From the NCBI GenBank assembly GCA_030158185.1, contig JAOATP010000136.1, positions 1-52,053 of the forward strand: 52,053 nucleotides of DNA. The letters run 5' to 3'. The first letter of the stretch is position 1. Each line of letters starts with the position of its first letter. The notes under the pieces were generated by a model. It ran no database searches and was not told where the DNA came from. It saw only the letters and a program-made list of their open reading frames with translations. Made by a program: the position numbers and the translations under genes. This DNA comes from Propionicimonas sp. Lineage in GTDB: Bacteria; Actinomycetota; Actinomycetes; Propionibacteriales; Propionibacteriaceae. Below, piece by piece: positions 20,469 through 29,320 of this stretch.

Positions 20469-22358
20469 ATGCGCATCGCCCCCTACGGCGCCTGGCCCTC
20501 CCCGATCGCCGCCACCGACCTGACCTCGACCGTTGTCGGGCTCGATCGCGGCGTGGTGGACGGCAACCGGGTGCTGTGGACGGAAGCACACCCCGAGCAG
20601 GGTGGCCGGGTGAGCCTGTGGGCCAGCGACGCCGGCGGCGAACCCTTCGAGCTGGCGCCCGACCACAACGTCCGCAACGCCATCAACGAGTACGGCGGCG
20701 GGGCGTGGGCCGCTGCGCAGGGCTGGGTGGTCTACAGCACAGCGCCGTCCGGCGAGCTGTACGTCAGGGGTCCGCGCGGCGGGCGACGCCTGCTGGCACC
20801 CGGCGGTGATCGCCGCTACGGCTGCCTTGTCCTGCTCCCCCGCCGGCGACTCGTCCTCGCTGTGCGCGAGGACCACACCGGCGACGACGTGACGCAGTGC
20901 CTCGTCAGCCTCGACCTGGACACGATGAACCCCGACGGCGGCACCGTGCTGGCCACCGGGGCGGACTTCTACGCCTCGCCCGCGCTGCGCGCCGACGGGA
21001 TGCTCGCCTGGGTCGAGTGGCAGCTCCCCGCCATGCCGTGGGACGCGACCCGCCTGATGGTCGCGCCGCTCGACGGGACCGCTGCGCCCGTCCAGGTGGC
21101 CGGCGGGCCCGGCGAGTCGGCCGTCTTCCCCACCTGGGCGCCCGACGGCTCCCTGGTCTACCTCTCCGATGCTGCGGGCCACGGGAACTTCCACCGCTGG
21201 GACGGCGAGCTGGCCCGACGGCTGCACCGCCACGCCTGGGACTTCTGCGAGCCGATGTGGGCGCCCGATCCCCCGCCGTACACGATCCTCGCCGACGGCA
21301 GGATCGGCTGCTCCTGGCTGGAGGACGGCCTCGCGCGGCTCGGGTTGCTTGTCCCGGGAGGCCCGGCGGGTGACTGGTTGCTGGAGCCCATCGAGACCGG
21401 GGCTGTGAGCTGCACGCTCACCGGCACCGGCGCCCGGGTCGTCGCCCGACTGGGGTACGCCGAACGCCCGGCGGAGCTCCACGTGCTCGACCTTGTCCGT
21501 GGCGACGACCGCATGCTCCGTCGCACGGCTGCCCGTGTGCTCCCCGACTCGCTGGTGTCCCGGGCGCAGCCGCTCAGCTGGGACTCCACGGACGGCCCCG
21601 TCCACGCCTGGTACTACCCGCCGACCAACCGCGACTTCTACGCCCCCGCCGGCGAGCTGCCACCGGTGCAGGTGTGGAGCCACGGCGGACCCACCGGCTT
21701 CTCCGACCCGTCCTTCGACCTGCGCACCCAGTTCTGGACGACCCGCGGCATCGGCATCCTCGACGTCAACTACTCCGGCTCCTCCGGCTACGGGCGGGCC
21801 TACCGGGACCGGCTGCACCACGCCTGGGGCGTCGCCGACGTGCGCGACTGCGTCGACGGCGTCCGTACCCTCGTTGACGCCGGCTTCGCCGACCCGGAAC
21901 GGTTGAGCATCCGCGGCGGCTCCGCCGGTGGCTACACCACACTGGCTGCGCTCACCTCCACCGACGTGTTCGCAGCCGGCATCAGCCTGTACGGCATCGG
22001 CGACCTGGAGGCCCTGACCACCGACACCCACAAGTTCGAGTCCGGCTACAACGAGTGGCTCATCGCCCCGTGGCCCGAGGGCAGCGAGACCTACCGGGAG
22101 CGCTCCCCCATCCACCACCTCGACCGGCTCGCCTGTCCGATGCTGATCCTGCAGGGACGCCTCGACAAGGTCGTACCGCCCAGCCAGGCAGAGGCCATGG
22201 CAGCAGCGGTCCGCGCGAAGGGCCTTCCGGTGGAGCTGGTGTGGTTCGACGACGAGGGCCACGGGTTCCGCAGGGCAGAGAGCATCATCGCCACCGCACG
22301 CGCGGCTCTCGCGTTTCTCGGCCGCGTGCACGGTTTCGTCCCTGCACCGCCTGTCTAG
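20469..22358 (+). CDS. S9 family peptidase (dipeptidyl/acylaminoacyl peptidase-like)
   Basis: APYGAWPSPI, HGGPT, GGSAGG nucleophile, DKVVP and EGHGF. Confidence 0.92.
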   Translation: MRIAPYGAWPSPIAATDLTSTVVGLDRGVVDGNRVLWTEAHPEQGGRVSLWASDAGGEPFELAPDHNVRNAINEYGGGAWAAAQGWVVYSTAPSGELYVRGPRGGRRLLAPGGDRRYGCLVLLPRRRLVLAVREDHTGDDVTQCLVSLDLDTMNPDGGTVLATGADFYASPALRADGMLAWVEWQLPAMPWDATRLMVAPLDGTAAPVQVAGGPGESAVFPTWAPDGSLVYLSDAAGHGNFHRWDGELARRLHRHAWDFCEPMWAPDPPPYTILADGRIGCSWLEDGLARLGLLVPGGPAGDWLLEPIETGAVSCTLTGTGARVVARLGYAERPAELHVLDLVRGDDRMLRRTAARVLPDSLVSRAQPLSWDSTDGPVHAWYYPPTNRDFYAPAGELPPVQVWSHGGPTGFSDPSFDLRTQFWTTRGIGILDVNYSGSSGYGRAYRDRLHHAWGVADVRDCVDGVRTLVDAGFADPERLSIRGGSAGGYTTLAALTSTDVFAAGISLYGIGDLEALTTDTHKFESGYNEWLIAPWPEGSETYRERSPIHHLDRLACPMLILQGRLDKVVPPSQAEAMAAAVRAKGLPVELVWFDDEGHGFRRAESIIATARAALAFLGRVHGFVPAPPV

Positions 22359-22386
22359 CGGCGCCGGAGCGTGGTGACGGGGTCGA

Positions 22387-23190
22387 TCACACGCTCTCGG
22401 CAAGCGCCCGGGACGCCATCCGCTCGCCCGGATGGGCCGGCCACCCGCAGGCGGAGGCGTAGAGGCAGATCTCGGTCTCGGGATCGATCCGCAGCAGGCC
22501 GGCGAGCTCGTCGTCGTAGAACCCGCCGAGGTTGACCGCGCCCAGGCCGAGCGCTACCGCTGCGAGGTTCAGGTTCTGCACCAGGTGACCGGCTTCGAGC
22601 AGCGCGTACCGGTAGCCCCGATCGCCGTACTTCACAAGGCTCCGGCCGGGGACGAAGCTCACGACGAAGACCACGGGTGCACGTGCCACCCAGTGCTGGC
22701 CCATGAACAGGTAGGTGACGAACGCCTCCGGCAGGGACACCTCCCGCACGAGTTCGAGTCCGTGGACGGCGGGCACGAAGTGGTGGACGCCGGGCGCAAG
22801 TCCTTCGACCCGCCGCACCAGCAGGCTGACCTCCAGTGGGTACAACCCTCCGCCGGAGGGCACCGGGCGGTCGTCCATCGTGTACCCGTCCCCCGCGCTG
22901 CGCCCGCCGACCCCGTAGCCGGCCGCCAGCAGGGCGGAGAGCTCGGCGAGGGTCACGGGGAGGTCCGTGAACGCCCGGCAGGACGCCCGGGCAGCGATCG
23001 CATCGGACAGCCCGGCAGGCAGGCGTGCCGGCGCAGGCAGCGGGAGGTACGGGGCGTCCGGGTCCTCGCGACCGGCGGTGAACTGCTGGCCGCCCGAACT
23101 GGAAGCGTTGAACTGCCACCGGGCGGTGGCCCGGTGGAACTCCCAGGCTGCCCGTTCGTGATCCCGCAGCCGGTGCGGCGCGACGTCCAT
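22387..23190 (-). CDS. SagB/ThcOx-family FMN-dependent azoline dehydrogenase
   Basis: RASCRAF, RPVPSGGGLYPLE, KYGDRGYRY (Lys-Tyr motif), LEAGH and GGFYD; ATG 1 nt after the YcaO stop. Confidence 0.9.
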   Translation of the reverse strand: MDVAPHRLRDHERAAWEFHRATARWQFNASSSGGQQFTAGREDPDAPYLPLPAPARLPAGLSDAIAARASCRAFTDLPVTLAELSALLAAGYGVGGRSAGDGYTMDDRPVPSGGGLYPLEVSLLVRRVEGLAPGVHHFVPAVHGLELVREVSLPEAFVTYLFMGQHWVARAPVVFVVSFVPGRSLVKYGDRGYRYALLEAGHLVQNLNLAAVALGLGAVNLGGFYDDELAGLLRIDPETEICLYASACGWPAHPGERMASRALAESV

Positions 23191-23191
23191 C

Positions 23192-25504
23192 TCAGGCCAC
23201 CGGATGGGGGGCGAGGTTGAGCTCGTCGAGCTCCGCCGGACGCGGCCGCAGGCCGAGCCGGTGCGGCATCGTCCGCAGCCGCGGGTGGCCCAGCCGGAAC
23301 TGGTCGGCGCCGAAGTGGATCGGCTGGAAGCCGGCGATGATGCCCCGCGCCACCCGGACGCCGAGCGCAGCGATGTCGTCGGTGGTGACATCGACGTAGA
23401 GCACGTCAGGGCTGACCGCTGCCAGGGAGCCCACGAGGCCGGCCAGGTCGGTCGGCGCGCGGTTACCGACCGCCTCCGACCATGTCAGCAGCTCGCCTTC
23501 GCGCCAGAATGAAAGCCCGCGGGCAGCTGCGGCCGGATCGGCGTAGAGCAGGTCGTGGTCCTCGAGTTCTGTCACCGTCGCAGGGTCGTCGACCAGTTGC
23601 GCCATCCGCTTGCGTACCTCGCCGCGCTGAAGGCGCAGGTGCAGGGCCGGACGGACCTGGGCGACCTCGAGCACAGCCTTGCGGGCGGCGGTGACCGGGT
23701 CGAGGGCGGCGCCGAGCCCGACGACGACGGCCGGCAGGCCCTCACTCCAGCCGAGGGCGATCGCCACGCTGGCTGCGCAGTCGGTGGGCAGCAGGTGCAC
23801 CTCGATCTCGACGCCGCGACGGTGGTAGAGGCCGGCGACCTGCGCTGCGGTGGCATCAGGGACGGTCCGGGCGTCCAGCCGCGGGGTGCTGAGGCGGTGC
23901 GCCCAGGCGATCAGGAACGCGTCGCGCTCGATGACTTCCAGCAGGCCGGCCTCGACAGCGTGGGCCAGCGTGGGGCCGGCGGCGAAGCCGTTGGACGTTG
24001 CCGGGAACAGGTACCCGGCGCGCTGGCTCACCTCGTGCCCGAGGTGGGCCGCCAGCCGCGGAACCCAGACGGTGTCACCGCTCACCAGCGACCGGGCGGT
24101 CACCCATTCGAGCTCGGAGTCCTCCGTGTAGCGGGCGAACGGGAGGGCGTCGTACTGGTGGTCGGCGAAGAGGACGAGTTCGGTGGGGTCGAGGCTCGGG
24201 CCCGGCAGATCAGCCCTTCGCGCCCGCCGCGCGCCGGGTGCGGGCCAGGTCAGCGAGGCGTACCGCTCGACCGCCTCACCAAGGGCGAGGTCGCGAGCGC
24301 GGCGCCGGTCCATCCCCTTGCCGGAGCAGGTGACGAAGGCGTCCGGTCCGGTGGCGAACCGGGCATTGGCCAGTTCTGCCCGCACGATGTGGGGGCGGGC
24401 AGGCTCGGAGGGGTCCTTGGGTACCTCGTCGAGGGCGCGGACCACGCCACAGAGGTCGCTGACCACCGCCCGCTCGATCGCATCGAAGTCGGTCGTCCGC
24501 TCCGGCAGGGCCGCGAGTTCAGCCAGCGTCGGGAGCACCGCGGGCTGCGGGAGGCCTTTTTTTCGGCAGGCCGGGCAGTCGGGCCGCTGCAGGACGGGGT
24601 GGCGGGTCTGGCGGCGTTCGAGCCCCTCGATCTGGAGGACGTGACCGGGCAGGCGGGCCGGCCCCGCAGCAACGAGCAGGGCCAGCGACTCCTGGATGAC
24701 GACCCCGGCCACCAGGGCTTGGAGCCCCGGCAGAACCGGCGGCGCTGTGCCGACGGCCCGTGCGTGGTCGCGCGCTTCCTCCCTCGCCATCGCGACGCCG
24801 AAGTCGTCGGCGCAGGCGAGCGCCCGCATCCGCCAGCAGAGGTAGCAGGGACCCTCGCCCGGCAGCACGAGGGGTCCGACGAACGCGTCCGAACCCTCGA
24901 GCGCCACCTGCAGCGAGGGGGTGTCGTTGTCGAGACTGAACCGGTTGACCCAGAGCCGGACGGCGGCCAGTCCGGGCTCGACCATCGCGACGACAAGGTC
25001 GCTACCGGAAAGCGCAGTGGCAAGGGCGTCGAAATCGAGGCGGGGCAGCGCCTCCGGGTCCACCAGCTCTGCGGCGTCGAGTCCGGCCCCTCGTAGGCCC
25101 GCCATCAGGTCGCCGGCCACCGACCTGTTCCCGACGACACGCACACGGGCGCTGGCGAGCGTCGCCGCAAGGCGCTGCCTGGTTGGCAGGTCGGCGCTGA
25201 GCAGTGTGGTCCACCCCGGGGGTGCCGGTTCCGAGGTGTCGGGGAGTTCCGTGACCAGCCCGGCGGCGACGAGCCGCACCACGAGGCGTTCGAGTTCGGC
25301 GCGCGGCAGGTCGGAGAGCGCGCCGTAGAGGTCGTCGGCTGTCGGTGTCATGGCAAGGGCGGGCAGCAGGCGCCGCCGCACCGCGTCTGCGACGCCACCG
25401 TCCAGCCGCAGCACGCCGGTGGCCGAGGCCATCAACAGCCCGTCAGGGGTGTCGATGACCTCGAGACCGGCGGCTGGGCTGAGCCGGGTGGTCCCGGACG
25501 TCAT
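23192..25504 (-). CDS. Fused RRE/E1-like leader-binding plus YcaO cyclodehydratase
   Basis: VGPLVLPGEGPCYLC and RPDCPAC (E1-like Zn site); SGKG, GEAVERY, TSNGFAAG and LLEVIERDA (YcaO ATP site); C-terminal PHPVA. Confidence 0.92.
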   Translation of the reverse strand: MTSGTTRLSPAAGLEVIDTPDGLLMASATGVLRLDGGVADAVRRRLLPALAMTPTADDLYGALSDLPRAELERLVVRLVAAGLVTELPDTSEPAPPGWTTLLSADLPTRQRLAATLASARVRVVGNRSVAGDLMAGLRGAGLDAAELVDPEALPRLDFDALATALSGSDLVVAMVEPGLAAVRLWVNRFSLDNDTPSLQVALEGSDAFVGPLVLPGEGPCYLCWRMRALACADDFGVAMAREEARDHARAVGTAPPVLPGLQALVAGVVIQESLALLVAAGPARLPGHVLQIEGLERRQTRHPVLQRPDCPACRKKGLPQPAVLPTLAELAALPERTTDFDAIERAVVSDLCGVVRALDEVPKDPSEPARPHIVRAELANARFATGPDAFVTCSGKGMDRRRARDLALGEAVERYASLTWPAPGARRARRADLPGPSLDPTELVLFADHQYDALPFARYTEDSELEWVTARSLVSGDTVWVPRLAAHLGHEVSQRAGYLFPATSNGFAAGPTLAHAVEAGLLEVIERDAFLIAWAHRLSTPRLDARTVPDATAAQVAGLYHRRGVEIEVHLLPTDCAASVAIALGWSEGLPAVVVGLGAALDPVTAARKAVLEVAQVRPALHLRLQRGEVRKRMAQLVDDPATVTELEDHDLLYADPAAAARGLSFWREGELLTWSEAVGNRAPTDLAGLVGSLAAVSPDVLYVDVTTDDIAALGVRVARGIIAGFQPIHFGADQFRLGHPRLRTMPHRLGLRPRPAELDELNLAPHPVA

Positions 25505-25516
25505 GAACGCCGGGAC

Positions 25517-25849
25517 TCAGCCACCGAGGCCACCGAAGCGCTCGATGCCCCCGGTCATCGGACCGATGTTGCAGGGTCCGCAGGTGCACTCGAAGATGCA
25601 CCGCTGGATGCACCGCTGGACGCAGAAGTAGTCGCAGAGCTTGATGCACCGCTGTGGACGGAAGCAGTCGTTGATCCCGCAGAAGTCGCCGTAGTCGGCC
25701 GCGATGACATCGCGCACCTTCTGGTAGGCGGCCATTTCCTCGGGGGTGAAGGCAGCCGTCGCCGACGCGGACGCGCCGGCGGCTGCCAACTTGTTCTCCA
25801 GTTCTTCGATCCGACCCTTCAGTGCGTCGAATTCCTCCTGGCTTGCCAT
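25517..25849 (-). CDS. Putative Cys-rich RiPP (azole) precursor peptide, 110 aa
   Basis: GAGGGAGG SD; helical leader; 10 Cys in CGINDCFRPQRCIKLCDYFCVQRCIQRCIFECTCGPC; Gly-rich tail; directly upstream of YcaO. Confidence 0.85.
   Translation of the reverse strand: MASQEEFDALKGRIEELENKLAAAGASASATAAFTPEEMAAYQKVRDVIAADYGDFCGINDCFRPQRCIKLCDYFCVQRCIQRCIFECTCGPCNIGPMTGGIERFGGLGG
25595..25654. repeat. 12-bp tandem repeat (5 units) encoding CxxxC periodicity
   Basis: GATGCACCGCTG x2, GACGCAGAAGTA, GTCGCAGAGCTT, GATGCACCGCTG on the + strand. Confidence 0.8.
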
Positions 25850-25948
25850 GGGCCTCCCTCTCATACCTGTCTTGCCTGGGTGTCGGGATTGGCACCGTCT
25901 GGCCAGAACCTACGCCTGCGGAATCCGCCCGTACCTACGCAGTTTGAG

Positions 25949-26872
25949 CTAGTGCCGCCGGCGTTCGTGCGGCATCAGGGTCTCGGGGACGTCGGGCTCT
26001 GCGGCCTTCTCGGGCACGAACCCCGCTGTGACCAGCTGCGGCGTGATGCCACGGGTGTCGCTGCGGAGCCGCCGCTCCACAGCCCCGGCCAGCCGGGTGA
26101 GCCCGGAGTTGATGCCGATGTACATCACGGCCAGCACGATCATGGTGGGAATCAGGTTCGCGAACGCCGTGGACAGGTTCGTGCCGGCCCGGAGGAGCTC
26201 GCTGTAGGCGATCATCGAGCCGAGCGCCGAGTCCTTCAGGATCACGACGAGCTGGCTCAGCATCGACGGCAGCATCGCCGTGATGGCCTGGGGCAGCAGG
26301 ATCGTCGTGAGCGTCTGCAGCGGGGTGAGCCCTATCGCGAGACCGGACTCCCGCTGGCCACGCGGCAGCGAGTACACCCCAGAGCGCACCAGCTCCGCCA
26401 GGACGCAGGAGTTGTAGACCGTCAGGCCCACCACCACCCCGAAGAGCGGCAGGACGGAGCCGCCGAGGTGCAGCGTGTAGATGCCGGCGTAGTAGGCGAA
26501 CAGCATCATCGTGAGCACGGGCACCGAACGGAAGAACTCGACGAACGCGCCGCAGGCCCAGCGGATCCAGCGGTGCCGCACCAGCCGTCCGATGCCCAGC
26601 AGCAGCCCGAACACGATCGCCAGCGCCACGGAGATGATCGCGGCAACCAGGGTGCCGAGCAACCCGGGGAGGAGGTAGTTCGTCCAGGCGGACGCGGTGA
26701 AGAACGGCGCCCATTTCGCGGCGGTCAGCTGGTTGTTGGCCGGGTCCGCCAGCCGCACCAGCACGAAGGCCACGACTCCGGCGAGGACGGCCCAGGCGCC
26801 GACGGCCATGGCGCGGTGACGCACGAGCGCGCGCGGCCCCGGGGCGTCGAACAGGACGTAGGGGGCACTCAT
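25949..26872 (-). CDS. gluD: Glutamate ABC transporter permease
   Basis: VLFDAPGPR, VEFFRSVP and EAA-like LAELVRSG...GQRESGLAIG; ATGA overlap with gluC. Confidence 0.85.
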   Translation of the reverse strand: MSAPYVLFDAPGPRALVRHRAMAVGAWAVLAGVVAFVLVRLADPANNQLTAAKWAPFFTASAWTNYLLPGLLGTLVAAIISVALAIVFGLLLGIGRLVRHRWIRWACGAFVEFFRSVPVLTMMLFAYYAGIYTLHLGGSVLPLFGVVVGLTVYNSCVLAELVRSGVYSLPRGQRESGLAIGLTPLQTLTTILLPQAITAMLPSMLSQLVVILKDSALGSMIAYSELLRAGTNLSTAFANLIPTMIVLAVMYIGINSGLTRLAGAVERRLRSDTRGITPQLVTAGFVPEKAAEPDVPETLMPHERRRH

Positions 26873-27558
26873 CGCTGCACCGTCAGCCGGTTGGACAGCC
26901 AGGTGAAGAGCACGCCCATCGGCAGGGTGAGGACCACGAAGCCGGTGGCGATGATCGCGAACACCCAGTACAGCTGCGAAGGGTTGAACTCGATCATGTT
27001 GCGCATCAGGTAGGCGGCCTCCGCCACCCCGACGGTCGCGACGACCGTTGTGTTCTTGGTCAGCGCGATCAGGGTGTTGCCCAGGGGCGCGATCGCCCCG
27101 CGGAACGCCTGTGGGAGCACGACGTGCCGCAAGGTGGGGCCGAAGGCGAGCCCGATCGACCGCGCGGCCTCCGCCTGCCCGATCGGCACCGTGTTGATGC
27201 CGCTGCGCAGCGCCTCGGCGACGAAGGTCGCGTGGTAGATGGCCAGCCCCACCACGCTCCACCGGAAGCCGTTGTCCACGATGAACGTCGGCGAGTCCGC
27301 CGGGGCGAGCGTGATCCGCAGGGTGTTGGAGATGCCCAGCGAACACAGCGCGACGATCAGGGTCAGCGGGGTGTTCCGCAGCGCGGTGACATACCCGGCC
27401 CCGAACCTCTGCAGCACCCCCACCGGGGAGACGCGGCAGACCGCGATGAAGGTGCCGATCACCAGCGCCCCCAAGCCTCCCCACAGGGTGAGCTGGATCG
27501 TGACCCAGAACGCGCCGAGCACGTTGTACTGCGCGAGCAGGGCTGCAAGGTCACTCAC
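26869..27558 (-). CDS. gluC: Glutamate ABC transporter permease
   Basis: RNTPLT, EALRSGINTVPIGQAEAARSIG and LIALTKNT. Confidence 0.85.
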   Translation of the reverse strand: MSDLAALLAQYNVLGAFWVTIQLTLWGGLGALVIGTFIAVCRVSPVGVLQRFGAGYVTALRNTPLTLIVALCSLGISNTLRITLAPADSPTFIVDNGFRWSVVGLAIYHATFVAEALRSGINTVPIGQAEAARSIGLAFGPTLRHVVLPQAFRGAIAPLGNTLIALTKNTTVVATVGVAEAAYLMRNMIEFNPSQLYWVFAIIATGFVVLTLPMGVLFTWLSNRLTVQR

Positions 27559-27600
27559 ATCGGTGCGGTCACGTCGGTGGTGGCGTTCCTGACCGGGTGG

Positions 27601-28434
27601 TCAGGCGCAGGCGTCCGGCTTGGGCGGATTCACGGCGGTGTCGGGCGTGAAACCGGACTTGCCGACCGTCGCGTCCAGCGCCTTCTGCCAGGACCCGTCG
27701 GTGACCATCTTGGCCAGCGAGGTGTTGATCGCGTTGCAGAGCTTGGTGTCGCCCATCTTGATCCCGACGCCGTAGCGCTCGGTGCTGAAGGTCTTGCCGA
27801 CCACCTTCAGCTTCCCGGCGTACTGCGCCTGGGCCGCGAAGCCGGCGAGGATCACGTTGTCGGTGGTCACCGCGTCGATCGATCCGGACGCGAGCGCGTC
27901 CACGCACTTGGAGTAGGTGTCGTACTCCTGCAGCTGCACCTGGTTGGCGAACTGGTCCTGGATCTTCTTCGCAGAGGTCGACCCGGTCACCGAACAGAGC
28001 TTCTTGCCGTTGAGGGTCTCCGGGCCGGTGATGGCGGTGTTGGCCGCAGCGACGAGGAGGTCCTGGCCGGCCTGGAAGTACGGCCCGCCGAAGGAGACCT
28101 TCTTCTTGCGGTCGTCGGTGATCGAGTAGGTGGCGAAGATCATCTTCACCTGGTCACTGGCCAGCAGGGTCTCGCGCTGGGCAGACGGTGTCTCCTTGAA
28201 CTCGACCTCGGTGTAGCCGAGGTCCTTGGCGACGTACTTGGCCACCTCGACGTCGAAGCCGGTGTAGCCGTCGCCCTCCTTCAGCCCGAGGCCCGGCTGG
28301 TCGAACTTGATCCCGACGATCACCTTGCCGCCGGTTCCGGGGTCACCACCGGCGGGGCTGCCCGCGCAGGCTGTCAGGCTCGCGCCAAGGACCACAGCTG
28401 ATGCGGTGGCCGCGAGTGCTTTGAGGAAAGGCAT
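27601..28434 (-). CDS. gluB: Glutamate ABC transporter substrate-binding lipoprotein
   Basis: Lipobox LTAC; GIKFDQPGLG, ATYSITDDR and AVTTDNVIL. Confidence 0.88.
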   Translation of the reverse strand: MPFLKALAATASAVVLGASLTACAGSPAGGDPGTGGKVIVGIKFDQPGLGLKEGDGYTGFDVEVAKYVAKDLGYTEVEFKETPSAQRETLLASDQVKMIFATYSITDDRKKKVSFGGPYFQAGQDLLVAAANTAITGPETLNGKKLCSVTGSTSAKKIQDQFANQVQLQEYDTYSKCVDALASGSIDAVTTDNVILAGFAAQAQYAGKLKVVGKTFSTERYGVGIKMGDTKLCNAINTSLAKMVTDGSWQKALDATVGKSGFTPDTAVNPPKPDACA

Positions 28435-28464
28435 GTCTACTCCTTGGGTTGGCGGGTGCGGGAG

Positions 28465-29238
28465 TCAGTGGGTGAGGATCTTGCTCAGGAAGTCCTTGGC
28501 GCGCGGCGTGCCCGGGTTGGTGAAGAACGCCTCCGGGGTGTTCTCCTCCATGATCAGGCCGTCGGACATGAACACCACGCGGTCGGCCGCCTTGCGTGCG
28601 AAGCCCATCTCGTGGGTCACGACGACCATGGTCATCCCCGCGCGGGCAAGGGTGACCATCACGTCGAGCACCTCGTTGACCATCTCCGGGTCGAGCGCAG
28701 AGGTGGGCTCGTCGAACAGGATGACCTTGGGGTCCATGGCAAGGGCCCGGGCGATGGCCACCCGTTGCTGCTGGCCGCCGGAGAGCTGCGCCGGGTACTT
28801 GCCTGCCTGGTCGGCAACCCCCACCCGCTCGAGCAGTTCGAGGCCGCGCTTCTCTGCGACGTCCTGCTTCACCCCGCGCACCTTGGTGGGGCCGAGGGTG
28901 ACGTTGGCCAGCACGGTCTTGTGGGCGAAGAGGTTGAACGACTGGAACACCATGCCCACGTCTGCGCGCAGCCGTGCGAGCTCCCTGCCCTCCTCTGGCA
29001 GCGGGACGCCGTCGATGCTGATGCTGCCCGAGCCGATGGTCTCCAGGCGGTTGATCGCCCGGCACAGGGTCGACTTCCCCGAGCCGGACGGACCGAGCAC
29101 GACGACAACCTCACCCTTGTGGACGATGAGGTTGATGTCGTTGAGGACGTGCAACTCCCCGAAGTGCTTGTTCACACCCGTGAGCACGACGAGGGGGTCC
29201 CCCACGCTCGCCTCCAGGGCTGCTTCCGGGGCTGTCAT
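28465..29238 (-). CDS. gluA: Glutamate ABC transporter ATP-binding protein
   Basis: [17 protein letters not shown] and FDEPTSALD. Confidence 0.88.
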   Translation of the reverse strand: MTAPEAALEASVGDPLVVLTGVNKHFGELHVLNDINLIVHKGEVVVVLGPSGSGKSTLCRAINRLETIGSGSISIDGVPLPEEGRELARLRADVGMVFQSFNLFAHKTVLANVTLGPTKVRGVKQDVAEKRGLELLERVGVADQAGKYPAQLSGGQQQRVAIARALAMDPKVILFDEPTSALDPEMVNEVLDVMVTLARAGMTMVVVTHEMGFARKAADRVVFMSDGLIMEENTPEAFFTNPGTPRAKDFLSKILTH

Positions 29239-29320
29239 CTACCGAACGTAGCGGCAGCCCCCGCCGATGGCGAGGGCTGCCGCACGTATCAGAATTACGC
29301 CCCGCTGGGCGGGGTTGGGA

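Noticed and set aside
25595-25654. Possible mini CRISPR array
   Set aside because: Units are 12 bp, contiguous, in frame within a CDS, with no spacers and no cas genes.
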